Part shown: positions 26,852 to 36,564 of the stretch, in pieces
Position numbering within the stretch: position 1 is the stretch's first letter
How the letters are laid out: every line of letters starts with the position of its first letter
NCBI GenBank assembly: GCA_964352225.1
Contig: CAYGRM010000004.1
Span: 1-59,432 of the forward strand
From: an uncultured Saprospiraceae bacterium
GTDB taxonomy: Bacteria; Bacteroidota; Bacteroidia; Chitinophagales; Saprospiraceae
Direction of reading: 5' to 3'
DNA: 59,432 nt
Notes under the pieces: generated by a model
What the model saw: the letters and a program-made list of their open reading frames with translations, nothing else
Told to the model about the DNA's origin: nothing
Databases searched by the model: none
Made by a program: the position numbers and the translations under genes

Positions 26852-28963
26852 ATGTACTCCACCTCCGAGCAACGAAACCTTGTTGATTTATCCAAAAAAT
26901 ATTTAGCAGAAGCTATTTCCGAAAATCAGATTGATGATTTACGAAAAGTTTTAGTATATCATGAATGGAAATATTCCATTCAAAATGATCCTGTGATTAG
27001 TGATTTTGAATATGATACTTTGTATAAAAAGTTGGAAGCACTCGAAGCAAATAATCCTTCGCTCATCACTTCGGATTCTCCGACGCAAAGAGTTTCCAAT
27101 GAGTTGACGGAAGATTTACCTTCGGTGGAACACTTAGTTCCGATGCTCTCGCTAGGCAATTCTTACAATGCGGAAGACTTAAATGACTTCGATACTCAAA
27201 TCAAAAAATTGGTTAATCTGCCGGAAGATGTGGACATCGAATATGTCGTCGAACCAAAATTTGATGGCGGAAGTATTGCCCTCGTTTATGAAGATGATCA
27301 ATTTGTCAGAGGAGCAACTCGAGGCAATGGAACTATGGGAGAAGAGATGACTGCCAATGCCCGAACAATGCCATCCGTCCCTTTGCGAGCTGATTTTGAA
27401 AAATATAATATTCAAAAAGTAGAACTTCGTGGAGAGGTCGTCATCCGGAAAGATTTATTTGAAAAAATGAATGAGGAACGAGAAGCGGAAGGCTTGACAC
27501 TTTTTGCCAACCCTCGAAATACTGCTTCGGGAGGACTTCGAGTAAAAGATCCAAAAGATGCGGCAAAAAGAAATCTAGTTGCTTTCGTTTATCAAGTAGG
27601 AGTGGCGTTGGATGCGGAAGGAAATAATGTTTTAAAAAATCTGACAACACATGATGAGTCAATCGAGTTGCTAGGTTCTTTAGGTTTTAAAATTCCAACC
27701 ATAGAAAAAAAGGTTTGTAAAAATATTCAAGAGGCTATTGATTTTTGCCTAGGTTGGGAAGCGAAACGAGAAGCTTACGACTATGAAATAGATGGAATGG
27801 TTGTCAAGGTAAATAGCCTAGAGTTACAAGACAAATGTGGTTTCACCAATCACCATCCTCGCTGGGCGATTGCCTTCAAATTTAAAGCAAAACAAGCCTC
27901 TACCAAATTAATTGATGTCGAATACCAGATTGGAAAAATTGGTTCGGTAACCCCTGTAGCTAAACTAGAACCTGTGGCTTTGGCAGGCGTAACGATCTCT
28001 TCGGTTTCTTTGCACAATGCAGATTTTATTTCAAGCAAAGATCTTCGTTTGGGTGATACTGTTTTAGTGGAGCGAGCTGGTGATGTAATCCCTTACATTG
28101 TAAAACCGATGGAAGATTTACGAGATGGAAGCGAGCAAAAAATTATTTTCCCGACTCATTGTCCCTCTTGTAACACGATACTTACGCGAGCCGAAAATGA
28201 AGCTGCTTGGCGTTGCGATAATACTACAGGTTGCGAAGCTCAAGTGGTGCAACGAATGATTTTCCATGTTTCAAAAGATGCAATGGATATTGATGGTTTT
28301 GGGAAATCGTATGTCGAGCGTTTTTACGACGAAGGTTGGTTGAGAGATTTGGCAGACATTTATAATTTAAATTATGAAAAGATTGCAGAGCTCGAAGGCT
28401 TTGGCGATCGTTCTGCTTCGAAGCTAAAAGCTGCCATTAACAAGGCGAAGAAAAATCCAATTCATCGGGTTTTGCATAGTTTATCCATTCATCATTTAGG
28501 GAAAAAAGTATCTAAACTTTTAGCAGCTGAAATCAAAAAAGTCCAAGACTTACAAAACTGGACCGAAGATAATTTCACCGAGATAAAGGATGTTGGCCCC
28601 AAAGTTGCAGAAAATGTAATTGCGTTTTTTTCCAAAGAAGAAAATATCGCCTTGCTCGATAAAATGGAATCTTTCGGAGTCAATATGTTGCAGACCGAAG
28701 ATGATATTCCAAAAGCAATTGTGGCAGATGCCTTGCTTTCAGGTAAGACTATTTTGTTCACCGGAACGTTAACTCAAATGGGAAGAAAAGAAGCCCAACG
28801 TCGAGCGGAAGAGTTGGGTGCTAAAAATATTTCAGCCGTTAGTTCTAATTTAAATATCCTCGTGGCAGGTGAAAAAGCAGGGAGTAAATTAAAAAAAGCA
28901 ACTGCTCTGGGAACTGTTGAAATTTTAACGGAACAAGACTTTATCGATTTAATTTCTTCGTAA
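26852..28963 (+). CDS. ligA: NAD-dependent DNA ligase
   Basis: 703 aa. Adenylation motif EPKFDG, OB fold, Cys4 zinc finger (CPSC...CDNTTGC), HhH region and C-terminal BRCT. Confidence 0.95.
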   Translation: MYSTSEQRNLVDLSKKYLAEAISENQIDDLRKVLVYHEWKYSIQNDPVISDFEYDTLYKKLEALEANNPSLITSDSPTQRVSNELTEDLPSVEHLVPMLSLGNSYNAEDLNDFDTQIKKLVNLPEDVDIEYVVEPKFDGGSIALVYEDDQFVRGATRGNGTMGEEMTANARTMPSVPLRADFEKYNIQKVELRGEVVIRKDLFEKMNEEREAEGLTLFANPRNTASGGLRVKDPKDAAKRNLVAFVYQVGVALDAEGNNVLKNLTTHDESIELLGSLGFKIPTIEKKVCKNIQEAIDFCLGWEAKREAYDYEIDGMVVKVNSLELQDKCGFTNHHPRWAIAFKFKAKQASTKLIDVEYQIGKIGSVTPVAKLEPVALAGVTISSVSLHNADFISSKDLRLGDTVLVERAGDVIPYIVKPMEDLRDGSEQKIIFPTHCPSCNTILTRAENEAAWRCDNTTGCEAQVVQRMIFHVSKDAMDIDGFGKSYVERFYDEGWLRDLADIYNLNYEKIAELEGFGDRSASKLKAAINKAKKNPIHRVLHSLSIHHLGKKVSKLLAAEIKKVQDLQNWTEDNFTEIKDVGPKVAENVIAFFSKEENIALLDKMESFGVNMLQTEDDIPKAIVADALLSGKTILFTGTLTQMGRKEAQRRAEELGAKNISAVSSNLNILVAGEKAGSKLKKATALGTVEILTEQDFIDLISS

Positions 28964-29045
28964 AATAAAACTAATCATGCAGTACTCTCCCGAGTGCCGT
29001 ACAAAACTGCCGGCCCTCAAATGAGTGCTGCCACAAATAAATAAT

Positions 29046-30473
29046 ATGAAAAATTTTAAAATAACCTTCGCGCTCTCATTCTTACTAATGCTCTTTTTTG
29101 CCAATTGTAAATCACAGCAAAAAACTGCCGAACAAGTCATTGAAAAAACCAACGAGTACGTAACGCTTAATTGCGAATTAGCTGATTGTAAAAAAGATGC
29201 ACCCCTTTATTTATATCGTTTTGATGGATATAATTTTTCCATTTTCAAAACCGCGATGGCTGATTCTAACCTGCCGGCCGAACAGGCAGGCAATGTATTT
29301 ACATTTAAAATCCCCGCTTCGGAAAATCAATTTTATTTCGTAGGTGCTGAGCAAGGAAAAACCAAACCGGTCATTTTAGGGACTGAAAAAAACTTGACGA
29401 TGCAGGGAAGATGCAGCAACATTCGTAAATCTGAATTTGTAGATTCTGAACTCAACACAGACTACGAAATGGCAATCGGTAGATTTAGAAGCTTTCAAGC
29501 AAAGTCTAAAAATTTAAATCGTCAATTTGCTCAAGCGGCTCAAAGTCCTGAGGCTCAAACTGAAATTATTGCAAAATTAAAAGCGAATGATGATGCTCAA
29601 ATAGAATTGTATAATCGCATGAAAGCGAAGCATCCTTATGTTGGGAAAATTTTAGCGACTAAAATGTATTTGAGTTTCCCGAATAATAAAGGCTCTTATG
29701 CAAATGAAGTAGAGTATTACGTCAATGAGTTTTTCACCCATTTAGATTTGAAAGACCCTGACATGGATCGAATGCCGGCACTCTTCGAAACGTTCAGAGA
29801 TTACACGACAACCTTAGTTGCTATTAAGTTTGACCAAGCGAAAATGAAAATTACTTTGGATAATGTTTTAAGAAAAATGAATCCTGAAAGTCAGGCTTAC
29901 CGATTTGCTTTGGGCGCAATCGTACAAACTTTAAAAAGCAAAAATCATCCTTCGTACATTGGCTATGGAAATTTATACTTAGAAAAATATGGCGCTGAAA
30001 ATCAACCTTACATGGTCGAATTGAAAAAAAATATTGACGATGCAAAAAACTTTATCATAGGAGCAGTTGCGCCTGACTTTGAGCAAAACACGCCTGATGG
30101 CAAACCGATGAAATTGAGTGATCTTCGAGGGAAAGTGGTCTTAGTTGATTTTTGGGCGAGTTGGTGTGGCCCTTGTCGAAGAGAAAACCCGCATGTCGTG
30201 AAATTGTATGATAAATATAAAAGCAAAGGTTTCGAAGTACTCGGAGTTAGTTTAGATCGAAAAAAAGATAGTTGGGAAAAAGCGATTGATAAGGATAAAT
30301 TAACTTGGAGTCATGTGAGTGATTTGAAAGGATGGAAGAATGAAGTGGCAAAGCAGTATTCTGTTACTTCAGTTCCACATACCATTTTGTTGGATCAAGA
30401 AGGAAGAATTTTGGCGAGGAATTTACGTGGAGGTGATTTGGATGCGAAGTTGAAGGAGTTGTTTGGGGAGTGA
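29046..30473 (+). CDS. TlpA/ResA-like thiol:disulfide oxidoreductase lipoprotein
   Basis: The signal peptide ends FFANC. C-terminal thioredoxin fold with WCGPC. The start is moved to ATG 29046. Confidence 0.8.
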   Translation: MKNFKITFALSFLLMLFFANCKSQQKTAEQVIEKTNEYVTLNCELADCKKDAPLYLYRFDGYNFSIFKTAMADSNLPAEQAGNVFTFKIPASENQFYFVGAEQGKTKPVILGTEKNLTMQGRCSNIRKSEFVDSELNTDYEMAIGRFRSFQAKSKNLNRQFAQAAQSPEAQTEIIAKLKANDDAQIELYNRMKAKHPYVGKILATKMYLSFPNNKGSYANEVEYYVNEFFTHLDLKDPDMDRMPALFETFRDYTTTLVAIKFDQAKMKITLDNVLRKMNPESQAYRFALGAIVQTLKSKNHPSYIGYGNLYLEKYGAENQPYMVELKKNIDDAKNFIIGAVAPDFEQNTPDGKPMKLSDLRGKVVLVDFWASWCGPCRRENPHVVKLYDKYKSKGFEVLGVSLDRKKDSWEKAIDKDKLTWSHVSDLKGWKNEVAKQYSVTSVPHTILLDQEGRILARNLRGGDLDAKLKELFGE

Positions 30474-30487
30474 TTCCCTTACTAATT

Positions 30488-30667
30488 AGTTATCGGATAT
30501 CTTGAAGCTGAATGTCGTCAACTTAAGAGTTGCGATACCAGCGACTGGCTTTCCGCCAGCCTCTGGTTTTATAATAAACTGGGAGAAATCAGAGGCTGGC
30601 TTGAAGCCAGTCGCTGATACCAAAATTCTTAAGTTGACGACATTCATCTTGAAGATATCCGATAACT
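30488..30667. repeat. 180-bp near-perfect palindrome (78-nt arms, 24-nt loop)
   Basis: The outer 41 nt pair with 2 mismatches (agttatcggatatcttgaagctgaatgtcgtcaacttaaga). The inner blocks gcgactggctt and agcctctg pair perfectly. Each arm also carries its own ctggc...gccag mini-hairpin. Confidence 0.9.
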
Positions 30668-30685
30668 GAGCACCTAAAAATAAAT

Positions 30686-31387
30686 ATGATGAAACGCCTT
30701 TTTCCATTTTTAATTCTTTTACTTTTTTCAACTTGTGAAGAAAATACTTCGACTCAAGAAAAAAATAACAATACTCTTACAAAACCAGCTCAAGAGGTTT
30801 TACCTGAAAAAGAAAATCCAAAACTAATCGTTTTTGATTACGACACTACGAAGTGGATAGACCTGCATCACTTAGATTCTACCATCATCATCGACATGCG
30901 ATATGCAACCACCGACAATTTTGTCAAAGAAAAAATGTATGATTGTAGTCGTTGTTTTCTCCGTCCAAAAGTTGCGCAAAAAATAGTTGAAGCACATTTG
31001 ATGTTGCAAGAAGGAGGACTTGGTTTAAAAATGTTAGACTGTTTTCGTCCTCGTCCGATTCAACAAAAGTTGTGGGACAAATTTCAAAATCCACTTTATG
31101 TTACTGACCCTGCCAAAGGTTCGATGCACAATCGAGGTGCTGCGGTTGACTTAACTATTGTCGATGCTGATGGCCAACAATTGGACATGGGAACTGCTTT
31201 TGATTATTTTGGAAAAGAGGCGCATCATGCTTATACTAATTTATCAAAAGAAGTTTTGGCTAATCGAAAATTATTAAAGGAAACCATGCAAGCGGTGGAA
31301 TTGCATCCGATCACGACGGAGTGGTGGCATTATTCTTATCGAGGAGAGAGTTATGAGTTATCGGATATGCTTTGGGATTGTGATTGA
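30686..31387 (+). CDS. D-alanyl-D-alanine dipeptidase (VanX/DdpX-like, M15D) lipoprotein
   Basis: 233 aa. MRYATTDNF, SMHNRGAAVDLT and EWWHY motifs. Lipoprotein signal. Confidence 0.8.
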   Translation: MMKRLFPFLILLLFSTCEENTSTQEKNNNTLTKPAQEVLPEKENPKLIVFDYDTTKWIDLHHLDSTIIIDMRYATTDNFVKEKMYDCSRCFLRPKVAQKIVEAHLMLQEGGLGLKMLDCFRPRPIQQKLWDKFQNPLYVTDPAKGSMHNRGAAVDLTIVDADGQQLDMGTAFDYFGKEAHHAYTNLSKEVLANRKLLKETMQAVELHPITTEWWHYSYRGESYELSDMLWDCD

Positions 31388-31496
31388 TAAATTTCAATCG
31401 TAATTTTAAAATAAATATGAGTTCACTAATCAGTATTAGTTGAATTACAACAATAAGAAGTTGTTTATTTTAGATAGCAGAGCAAGTCACCAACTT

Positions 31497-32201
31497 TTAA
31501 AAAAGAAAATATGAAACGCCTAATATAATGTCTAGATCATATGTTTGAAATAAATCATCGTTAAAATCATCGTGTTTATAATAAACAGAATAGCCAATTT
31601 CCCCTATTAAATTAATTCTTTGATTTAATACATTTCTTACCCCTGTTGATAATCTAAGAGGAGTAATATCTAAAAATTGATTAGTTCTTTTTACTATCTT
31701 ACTAGAGCTATTAGGCAAATCTTTCAATTCTATTTTTTCACTCAATATTAGAGAAGAACCTCCTTCCATAGATATGAAAAAATTTGTTTTGCCATGATTA
31801 AAAAAATCATACTTTACGCCCAATAGAAAATTTATTTGCCTAGATTTTTCAGTAATTAAAAAGTTACAATCTCGTTCATAATTATAACCGACAAAAGGGT
31901 TTATCGGCATAATAGTATTTTCTCTAAAAAATATTGGACAATCTTCTGATAGTCTTTTTTTACGATAAATAGAACTAAACGAAAAAATCCACTTTTTCAA
32001 ATGAAGATTTGTTCTAAGTCCAAAATCTAAAACCATTCTTTCAGATTGCGTTATCAAGCCTAATTCACTTCTACTAGGCTCTAAGTTAATTACATGATAG
32101 GTTGGTTTAATTAAAAAATCTACTGATAAACTTTGTCCATAGCTTTTTCCTGACGCAAAGCCAAGAATTATAAATACGTATTTAAAAGTGTTTTTAATCA
32201 T
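31497..32201 (-). CDS. hypothetical outer-membrane beta-barrel protein
   Basis: 234 aa. Signal peptide, alternating strand pattern, C-terminal ..YFLF. The gene is very AT-rich. Confidence 0.4.
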   Translation of the reverse strand: MIKNTFKYVFIILGFASGKSYGQSLSVDFLIKPTYHVINLEPSRSELGLITQSERMVLDFGLRTNLHLKKWIFSFSSIYRKKRLSEDCPIFFRENTIMPINPFVGYNYERDCNFLITEKSRQINFLLGVKYDFFNHGKTNFFISMEGGSSLILSEKIELKDLPNSSSKIVKRTNQFLDITPLRLSTGVRNVLNQRINLIGEIGYSVYYKHDDFNDDLFQTYDLDIILGVSYFLF

Positions 32202-32441
32202 AAATTATTAATTAGTTTTTTTTTGAAATAATTAAATTACAATTTATTGTAATTCCACTATTAGTATTAAGATGTATTTATTTGATATAATTGCATTTTA
32301 ACAATCTTTTTCTCAATAAACCCGCTCATTTTTAACTCTGTAAAACAAAAATCGTCATTTGCTAGTGCTGGTTCTCTGAACCTTATTTACCCTTAAGCGC
32401 ATAAAAAGATGAAAAAATCCTCAGCATCCTAAAAGAAAATT

Positions 32442-32477
32442 AAAACCCATTTCCGTCAATTGACAGAAATGGGTTTT
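32442..32477 (-). terminator. rho-independent terminator of the PDZ-protein gene
   Basis: aaaacccatttc..gtca-at-tgac..gaaatgggtttt. The minus strand is followed by T-rich sequence. Confidence 0.7.
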
Positions 32478-32507
32478 ATGTTTGATTATTGACCTTGTGA
32501 AAGGAAA

Positions 32508-33458
32508 TTAATTATCCTTCTCCTTTTTGATAATAATCTTCTTTTTGATTTTTTTAGCACCGTCAGTTCCTTCTTCTTCGAAGTGCATTTCTTGCCCTTC
32601 TTTCATTTCAATAATTTTTCCATCATCCGTTTTCCAAATCATTTTTTCTTCCATCGGGATATCTTTGGAGTCTGCCAAATTTGCTTGTACTTTGTTCACT
32701 TGACCATCTCTTCTGTACATCACTACGATAGAATCTCCTGGCTTGAAGTTTGACAATTTTTTAGTCAACTCTTCGTAAGTGGAGATTTGATGCTCATTAA
32801 CTGATTGTAAAATGTCTCCTTTTTTCAAGCCAGCTTTTTCCGCAGGACTATCTTTTACTACATCTAATAATTCCATTCCTTCAGCAGATGGATCGATCAT
32901 CACTCCGAAAAAAGCACCATTGCCTTTTCGAGTTTTCATGATTCGGATTTCTGTTTTTTTATCGCCATCCATCTCCACATCTATATCTTCTAAAAACTCA
33001 AACGTGTTTTCATCGTCACTTTCTGACTTCATGATGGTAATGTGTTGTCCATATTCTGTCGTGAATTCTTTTTTGGCTTCGTCACCATCAATTTTGATCA
33101 CCGTTTTTTCATCGCCGTCCATAATAAATACATTATCTCCATCAACTGTCACTTCGATTTCTCGTTCTTCGCCAGTCTTTTTTTCATCCCCTCCTTTAGT
33201 TACTCTCACTTCCACATTGACATTCGTTTCCCCTAGTTCATCTTTTTCAAGATATTTGGCTACGTCAAAATCTTCCGCTTCTTTTCCTTCTTTGACAATT
33301 TTTTCTACCACTTCGTTTCCATCTTTATCAATAGTTTTTTTGATAATTACTACCTGTTTTTTTTCCTTTGTTTCTGCTTGCGCAAAAGAAATATTAGGAA
33401 AAATAAAACATCCCAAAAAAAGTAAAACCCATGTAATTTGTATTTTTGAAAGATCCAT
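32508..33458 (-). CDS. secreted PDZ-domain protein with long E/K/D-rich region
   Basis: 316 aa. Signal peptide, charged low-complexity middle, PDZ-like ..VKDSPAEKAGLKKGDILQSVN... Confidence 0.65.
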   Translation of the reverse strand: MDLSKIQITWVLLFLGCFIFPNISFAQAETKEKKQVVIIKKTIDKDGNEVVEKIVKEGKEAEDFDVAKYLEKDELGETNVNVEVRVTKGGDEKKTGEEREIEVTVDGDNVFIMDGDEKTVIKIDGDEAKKEFTTEYGQHITIMKSESDDENTFEFLEDIDVEMDGDKKTEIRIMKTRKGNGAFFGVMIDPSAEGMELLDVVKDSPAEKAGLKKGDILQSVNEHQISTYEELTKKLSNFKPGDSIVVMYRRDGQVNKVQANLADSKDIPMEEKMIWKTDDGKIIEMKEGQEMHFEEEGTDGAKKIKKKIIIKKEKDN

Positions 33459-33491
33459 ATTTAATTGATTTTATTAAAAATAATTTATGAA

Positions 33492-33564
33492 ATTGGTTAT
33501 TAGGTTATTACGAGAATTGCTGTTATTGGAAATAACTCAATAACTTACTCACTCAATAACCAAT
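33492..33564. repeat. nested hairpin built from ggttatt / aataac words
   Basis: attggttatt (33492-33501) pairs with aataaccaat (33555-33564). The inner words aggttatt, gttatt, aataac and aataact pair in nested fashion. Confidence 0.6.
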
Positions 33565-33902
33565 CAACTTTAACGTTTCATTAGCAGAACGTATTCTTTT
33601 TTCTAGCAATACTTTCCGTTTTTTTCCAAAACCGTTAAAGGTTAGTTAAACATTCCCAAAGCATCTTTTGATTATATAAATTTGTAAGAATCGGATAGAG
33701 ATTTGTGCTTATTTTACCACCTTTTCTTTTGTAAATTTACAGATTACTATTCATTTTTTTGTTCTTAGACAAATTCTATTTTTAAGTCAAGCCAAAATTA
33801 AAAGTAACACTTCCGTTAGTCGTTTTTAATTTCAATTTTAGCTTGACATAGAATTTATCTGCGGACGATAATTTTTTTAAAAATTTCCAATACTAAATAT
33901 CA

Positions 33903-35441
33903 ATGAATAAAAAAGCGATTTGGGCGATTATTGGTCTTATGAGCGCAGCTATGATTGGAATTATATTGTTACAATTGTACTGGATCAATTTTAATATCAA
34001 ACTCAATGAACAACAATTCGATAGAAATGTAAAAGATGCCATCACGCAAGTTGCGGAAAGGTTAGAAGTCTGGGAAGACAATGCAACTTATGATAATGCT
34101 TTAAACCTACGAACCAATACTCCTACTTCATACTCTTCGGCTAGTATTCGAAAATCATTTCGCTCAGGAGAAGTTTTGGGAGATATATCAATGGGTCAAA
34201 ATTTTCGAAATGTACAATTAACCCCAACTTCGGTAAATCCACTTTCCATCAATAATGATTCTGGCTTTTCGCAATTTCAAGATAAAATGGAATATCAAAA
34301 AGTACAAAAGATGCTCAATTTGCATCCTTTAGAAGAGCGAATTAATTTGGAAGTTCTGCATGGATTACTGGAACAAGAATTAAGAAAGAAAAGAGGAATT
34401 GAAGCGGAATTTCAATATGGCGTTTTTTCTCATCAAAAAGGATCGTTCGTGATCAACAACGGCGCTTATGCGGTGATCAATGAAAATTTTAATTCTGCGG
34501 AAAGCATTGATAATGACTTATATAATTCAAGTTATAAAACCGAATTGTTCTCTAACTCCTATGCCTTGGAGTCACCAGGTTTACTGATGGTTCATTTTCC
34601 GAATCGAACGAGCGTAATTTGGAGTTCCTCATGGAAAACACTTTTGGCCTCGATTATTTTTACTGGTTTGATTTTGTTTTGTTTTTCCTATACCATTCTA
34701 GTCATTTTTGAACAAAAGAAAGTCTCAGAAATGAAAACGGATTTTATCAATAATATGACGCATGAATTTAAAACACCTATTGCGACAATTTCTTTAGCTG
34801 CGGACTCGATTACAAGTCCAATGATTTCTGGAAATGTTGATAAAGTGAAAAGATTTGCAGATATCATTCGCCAAGAAAATAAACGAATGAATAATCAAGT
34901 AGAAAAAGTTTTGCAAATGGCTTTGATTGATAAGCGCGAGTACAAACTCAAAATGTTGCAAATCAACTTACATGATATTATTAATCAAGCGGTGCAAAAC
35001 TCCAACTTACAAGTGGAGAAAAAAGATGGGAGAGTAGATACTCAATTTGAAGCAACGAATCCATATGTGTATGGTGATTTGACTCACGTTTCTAATATTA
35101 TCAATAATCTACTGGATAATGCTAATAAATATTCCCCTGAAAAACCTGAAATAACTGTTAGCACACGCAATGTAGCACAGGGAGTTGAAGTTATTATAGA
35201 GGACAAAGGAATTGGAATGAGTCGCGAAGCTTTGAAACATATTTTTGATAAGTTTTATCGAGTACATACAGGTAACCGACATGATGTCAAAGGGTTTGGA
35301 TTAGGATTGAGCTATGTAAAAGCGTTGATGGATGCCCATCGAGGACAAATAGATGTCAAAAGTGATTTGGGAAAAGGAAGTACGTTCGTTCTTACTTTTC
35401 CATATAATAGTGAACGCCAAAGCATTGATACTGATGATTAA
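33903..35441 (+). CDS. sensor histidine kinase
   Basis: 512 aa. Two TM helices, H-box HEFKTPIATI, N box LLDNANKYSP, G boxes DKGIGM and GFGLGLS. Confidence 0.9.
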   Translation: MNKKAIWAIIGLMSAAMIGIILLQLYWINFNIKLNEQQFDRNVKDAITQVAERLEVWEDNATYDNALNLRTNTPTSYSSASIRKSFRSGEVLGDISMGQNFRNVQLTPTSVNPLSINNDSGFSQFQDKMEYQKVQKMLNLHPLEERINLEVLHGLLEQELRKKRGIEAEFQYGVFSHQKGSFVINNGAYAVINENFNSAESIDNDLYNSSYKTELFSNSYALESPGLLMVHFPNRTSVIWSSSWKTLLASIIFTGLILFCFSYTILVIFEQKKVSEMKTDFINNMTHEFKTPIATISLAADSITSPMISGNVDKVKRFADIIRQENKRMNNQVEKVLQMALIDKREYKLKMLQINLHDIINQAVQNSNLQVEKKDGRVDTQFEATNPYVYGDLTHVSNIINNLLDNANKYSPEKPEITVSTRNVAQGVEVIIEDKGIGMSREALKHIFDKFYRVHTGNRHDVKGFGLGLSYVKALMDAHRGQIDVKSDLGKGSTFVLTFPYNSERQSIDTDD

Positions 35442-35595
35442 TTTCTTTTAATAATTTCGCTTTGACTATTGAACACGAACTGATTTATCCTTAACTTTAA
35501 CATATGTTAAGATAATTATTTAAAACAGAATGAAACGTCGATTTTTTGTCGGCATTAACTAAAACATCCTATTTTTTGGAATAAAAAATTTACTA

Positions 35596-36327
35596 ATGAC
35601 TGCAGCAAACAATCGAATATTACTAGTTGAAGATGATCGAAATTTCGGAGATGTATTGCGTTCTTATTTAGAGATGCATGACTATAATGTTACTTTAGCA
35701 ACTGATGGAGAAGCGGGTTTGGAAAGTTATAATAAAGGCGAATACGACCTTGGTATCTTTGATGTGATGATGCCTAAAAAAGATGGTTTTACCTTGGCAA
35801 AAGAAATTAGAGAAAAAGATAAAGAAATGCCAATCATTTTTTTGACTGCTAAAACAATGAAAGATGATGTGCTTCAAGGTTTCAAAATTGGTGCAGATGA
35901 TTATATCACTAAACCATTTAACTCTGAAGAATTATTATATCGAATCCAAGCAATCTTAAAAAGAAGTCAAGCGAAGGAAGATCCTAGGGAAGAGATTAAA
36001 GAGTTTGAAATAGGAAATTATCATTTCAATTTTCCATTAAGAATTTTGACTTTTAGCAATGGCGCAGGGGAGGATAGTAAAAATAAATTATCTCCGAAAG
36101 AAGCTCAATTACTTCGAATGTTCTGTATGTATAAAAATGATATTTTGCCACGGTCTGAAGCATTGACTAAAATATGGTCTGAAGATAATTATTTTACTGC
36201 TCGAAGTATGGACGTGTTTGTAACTAAGTTAAGAAAATATTTAGCAGCTGATCCTAATATTGAAATTGTCAATATTCATGGAAATGGATTTCAACTTTTA
36301 GTTAGAAATAGTGAAGAAGCTTCCTAA
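35596..36327 (+). CDS. OmpR-family response regulator
   Basis: 243 aa. Receiver domain (LLVEDD, FDVMMPKKDG, K in LTAK) and winged-helix output domain. Confidence 0.9.
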   Translation: MTAANNRILLVEDDRNFGDVLRSYLEMHDYNVTLATDGEAGLESYNKGEYDLGIFDVMMPKKDGFTLAKEIREKDKEMPIIFLTAKTMKDDVLQGFKIGADDYITKPFNSEELLYRIQAILKRSQAKEDPREEIKEFEIGNYHFNFPLRILTFSNGAGEDSKNKLSPKEAQLLRMFCMYKNDILPRSEALTKIWSEDNYFTARSMDVFVTKLRKYLAADPNIEIVNIHGNGFQLLVRNSEEAS

Positions 36328-36361
36328 GCAAAAATAAATAAGAAGGTATAATCCTTTCGAG

Positions 36362-36402
36362 AGGACAAAAATCTGAATTTGATTTTTGTCCTTTTGTTTT
36401 TT
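36362..36402 (+). terminator. rho-independent terminator of the response-regulator gene
   Basis: aggacaaaaatc-tgaattt-gatttttgtcct followed by tttgtttttt. Confidence 0.75.
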
Positions 36403-36415
36403 ACTTTTGGAAATA

Positions 36416-36533
36416 GACCGCTTCGCTGTCAGAGGTCAGATCATCGCCTTTGGCGACTGTCAGAGGTCAGACTGACGATTAGAGTTTTGACTAACGGCTG
36501 ATTTAATATTAAACCTCTGACAGCGAAGCGATC
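36416..36533. repeat. 118-bp element bounded by 21-bp inverted repeats
   Basis: gaccgcttcgctgtcagaggt versus acctctgacagcgaagcgatc (1 mismatch). Internal direct repeat ctgtcagaggtcaga occurs twice. Small hairpin tcgcc-tttg-ggcga. Confidence 0.8.
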
Positions 36534-36564
36534 TAATTTCATAACAAACTAATTACATTTTATT

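Noticed and set aside
28964-29045. Locally GC-rich patch (..ctcccgagtgccgtacaaaactgccggccctcaaatgagtgctgccac..) considered as a riboswitch or repeat arm
   Set aside because: I could not find a stable hairpin, a complementary arm or a known riboswitch core. It may be a degenerate half-element, but the evidence is too weak.
30486-30731. 81-aa ORF on the minus strand between the thioredoxin-like and VanX-like genes
   Set aside because: It lies entirely within the 180-bp palindrome. Its frame stays open as a by-product of the repeat, and it overlaps the start of the VanX-like gene.
32812-33468. 218-aa S/F-rich ORF antisense to the PDZ-protein gene
   Set aside because: It is the mirror image of the E/K/D-rich coding region (GAA/AAA codons read as TTC/TTT). 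It is low-complexity with no start context.
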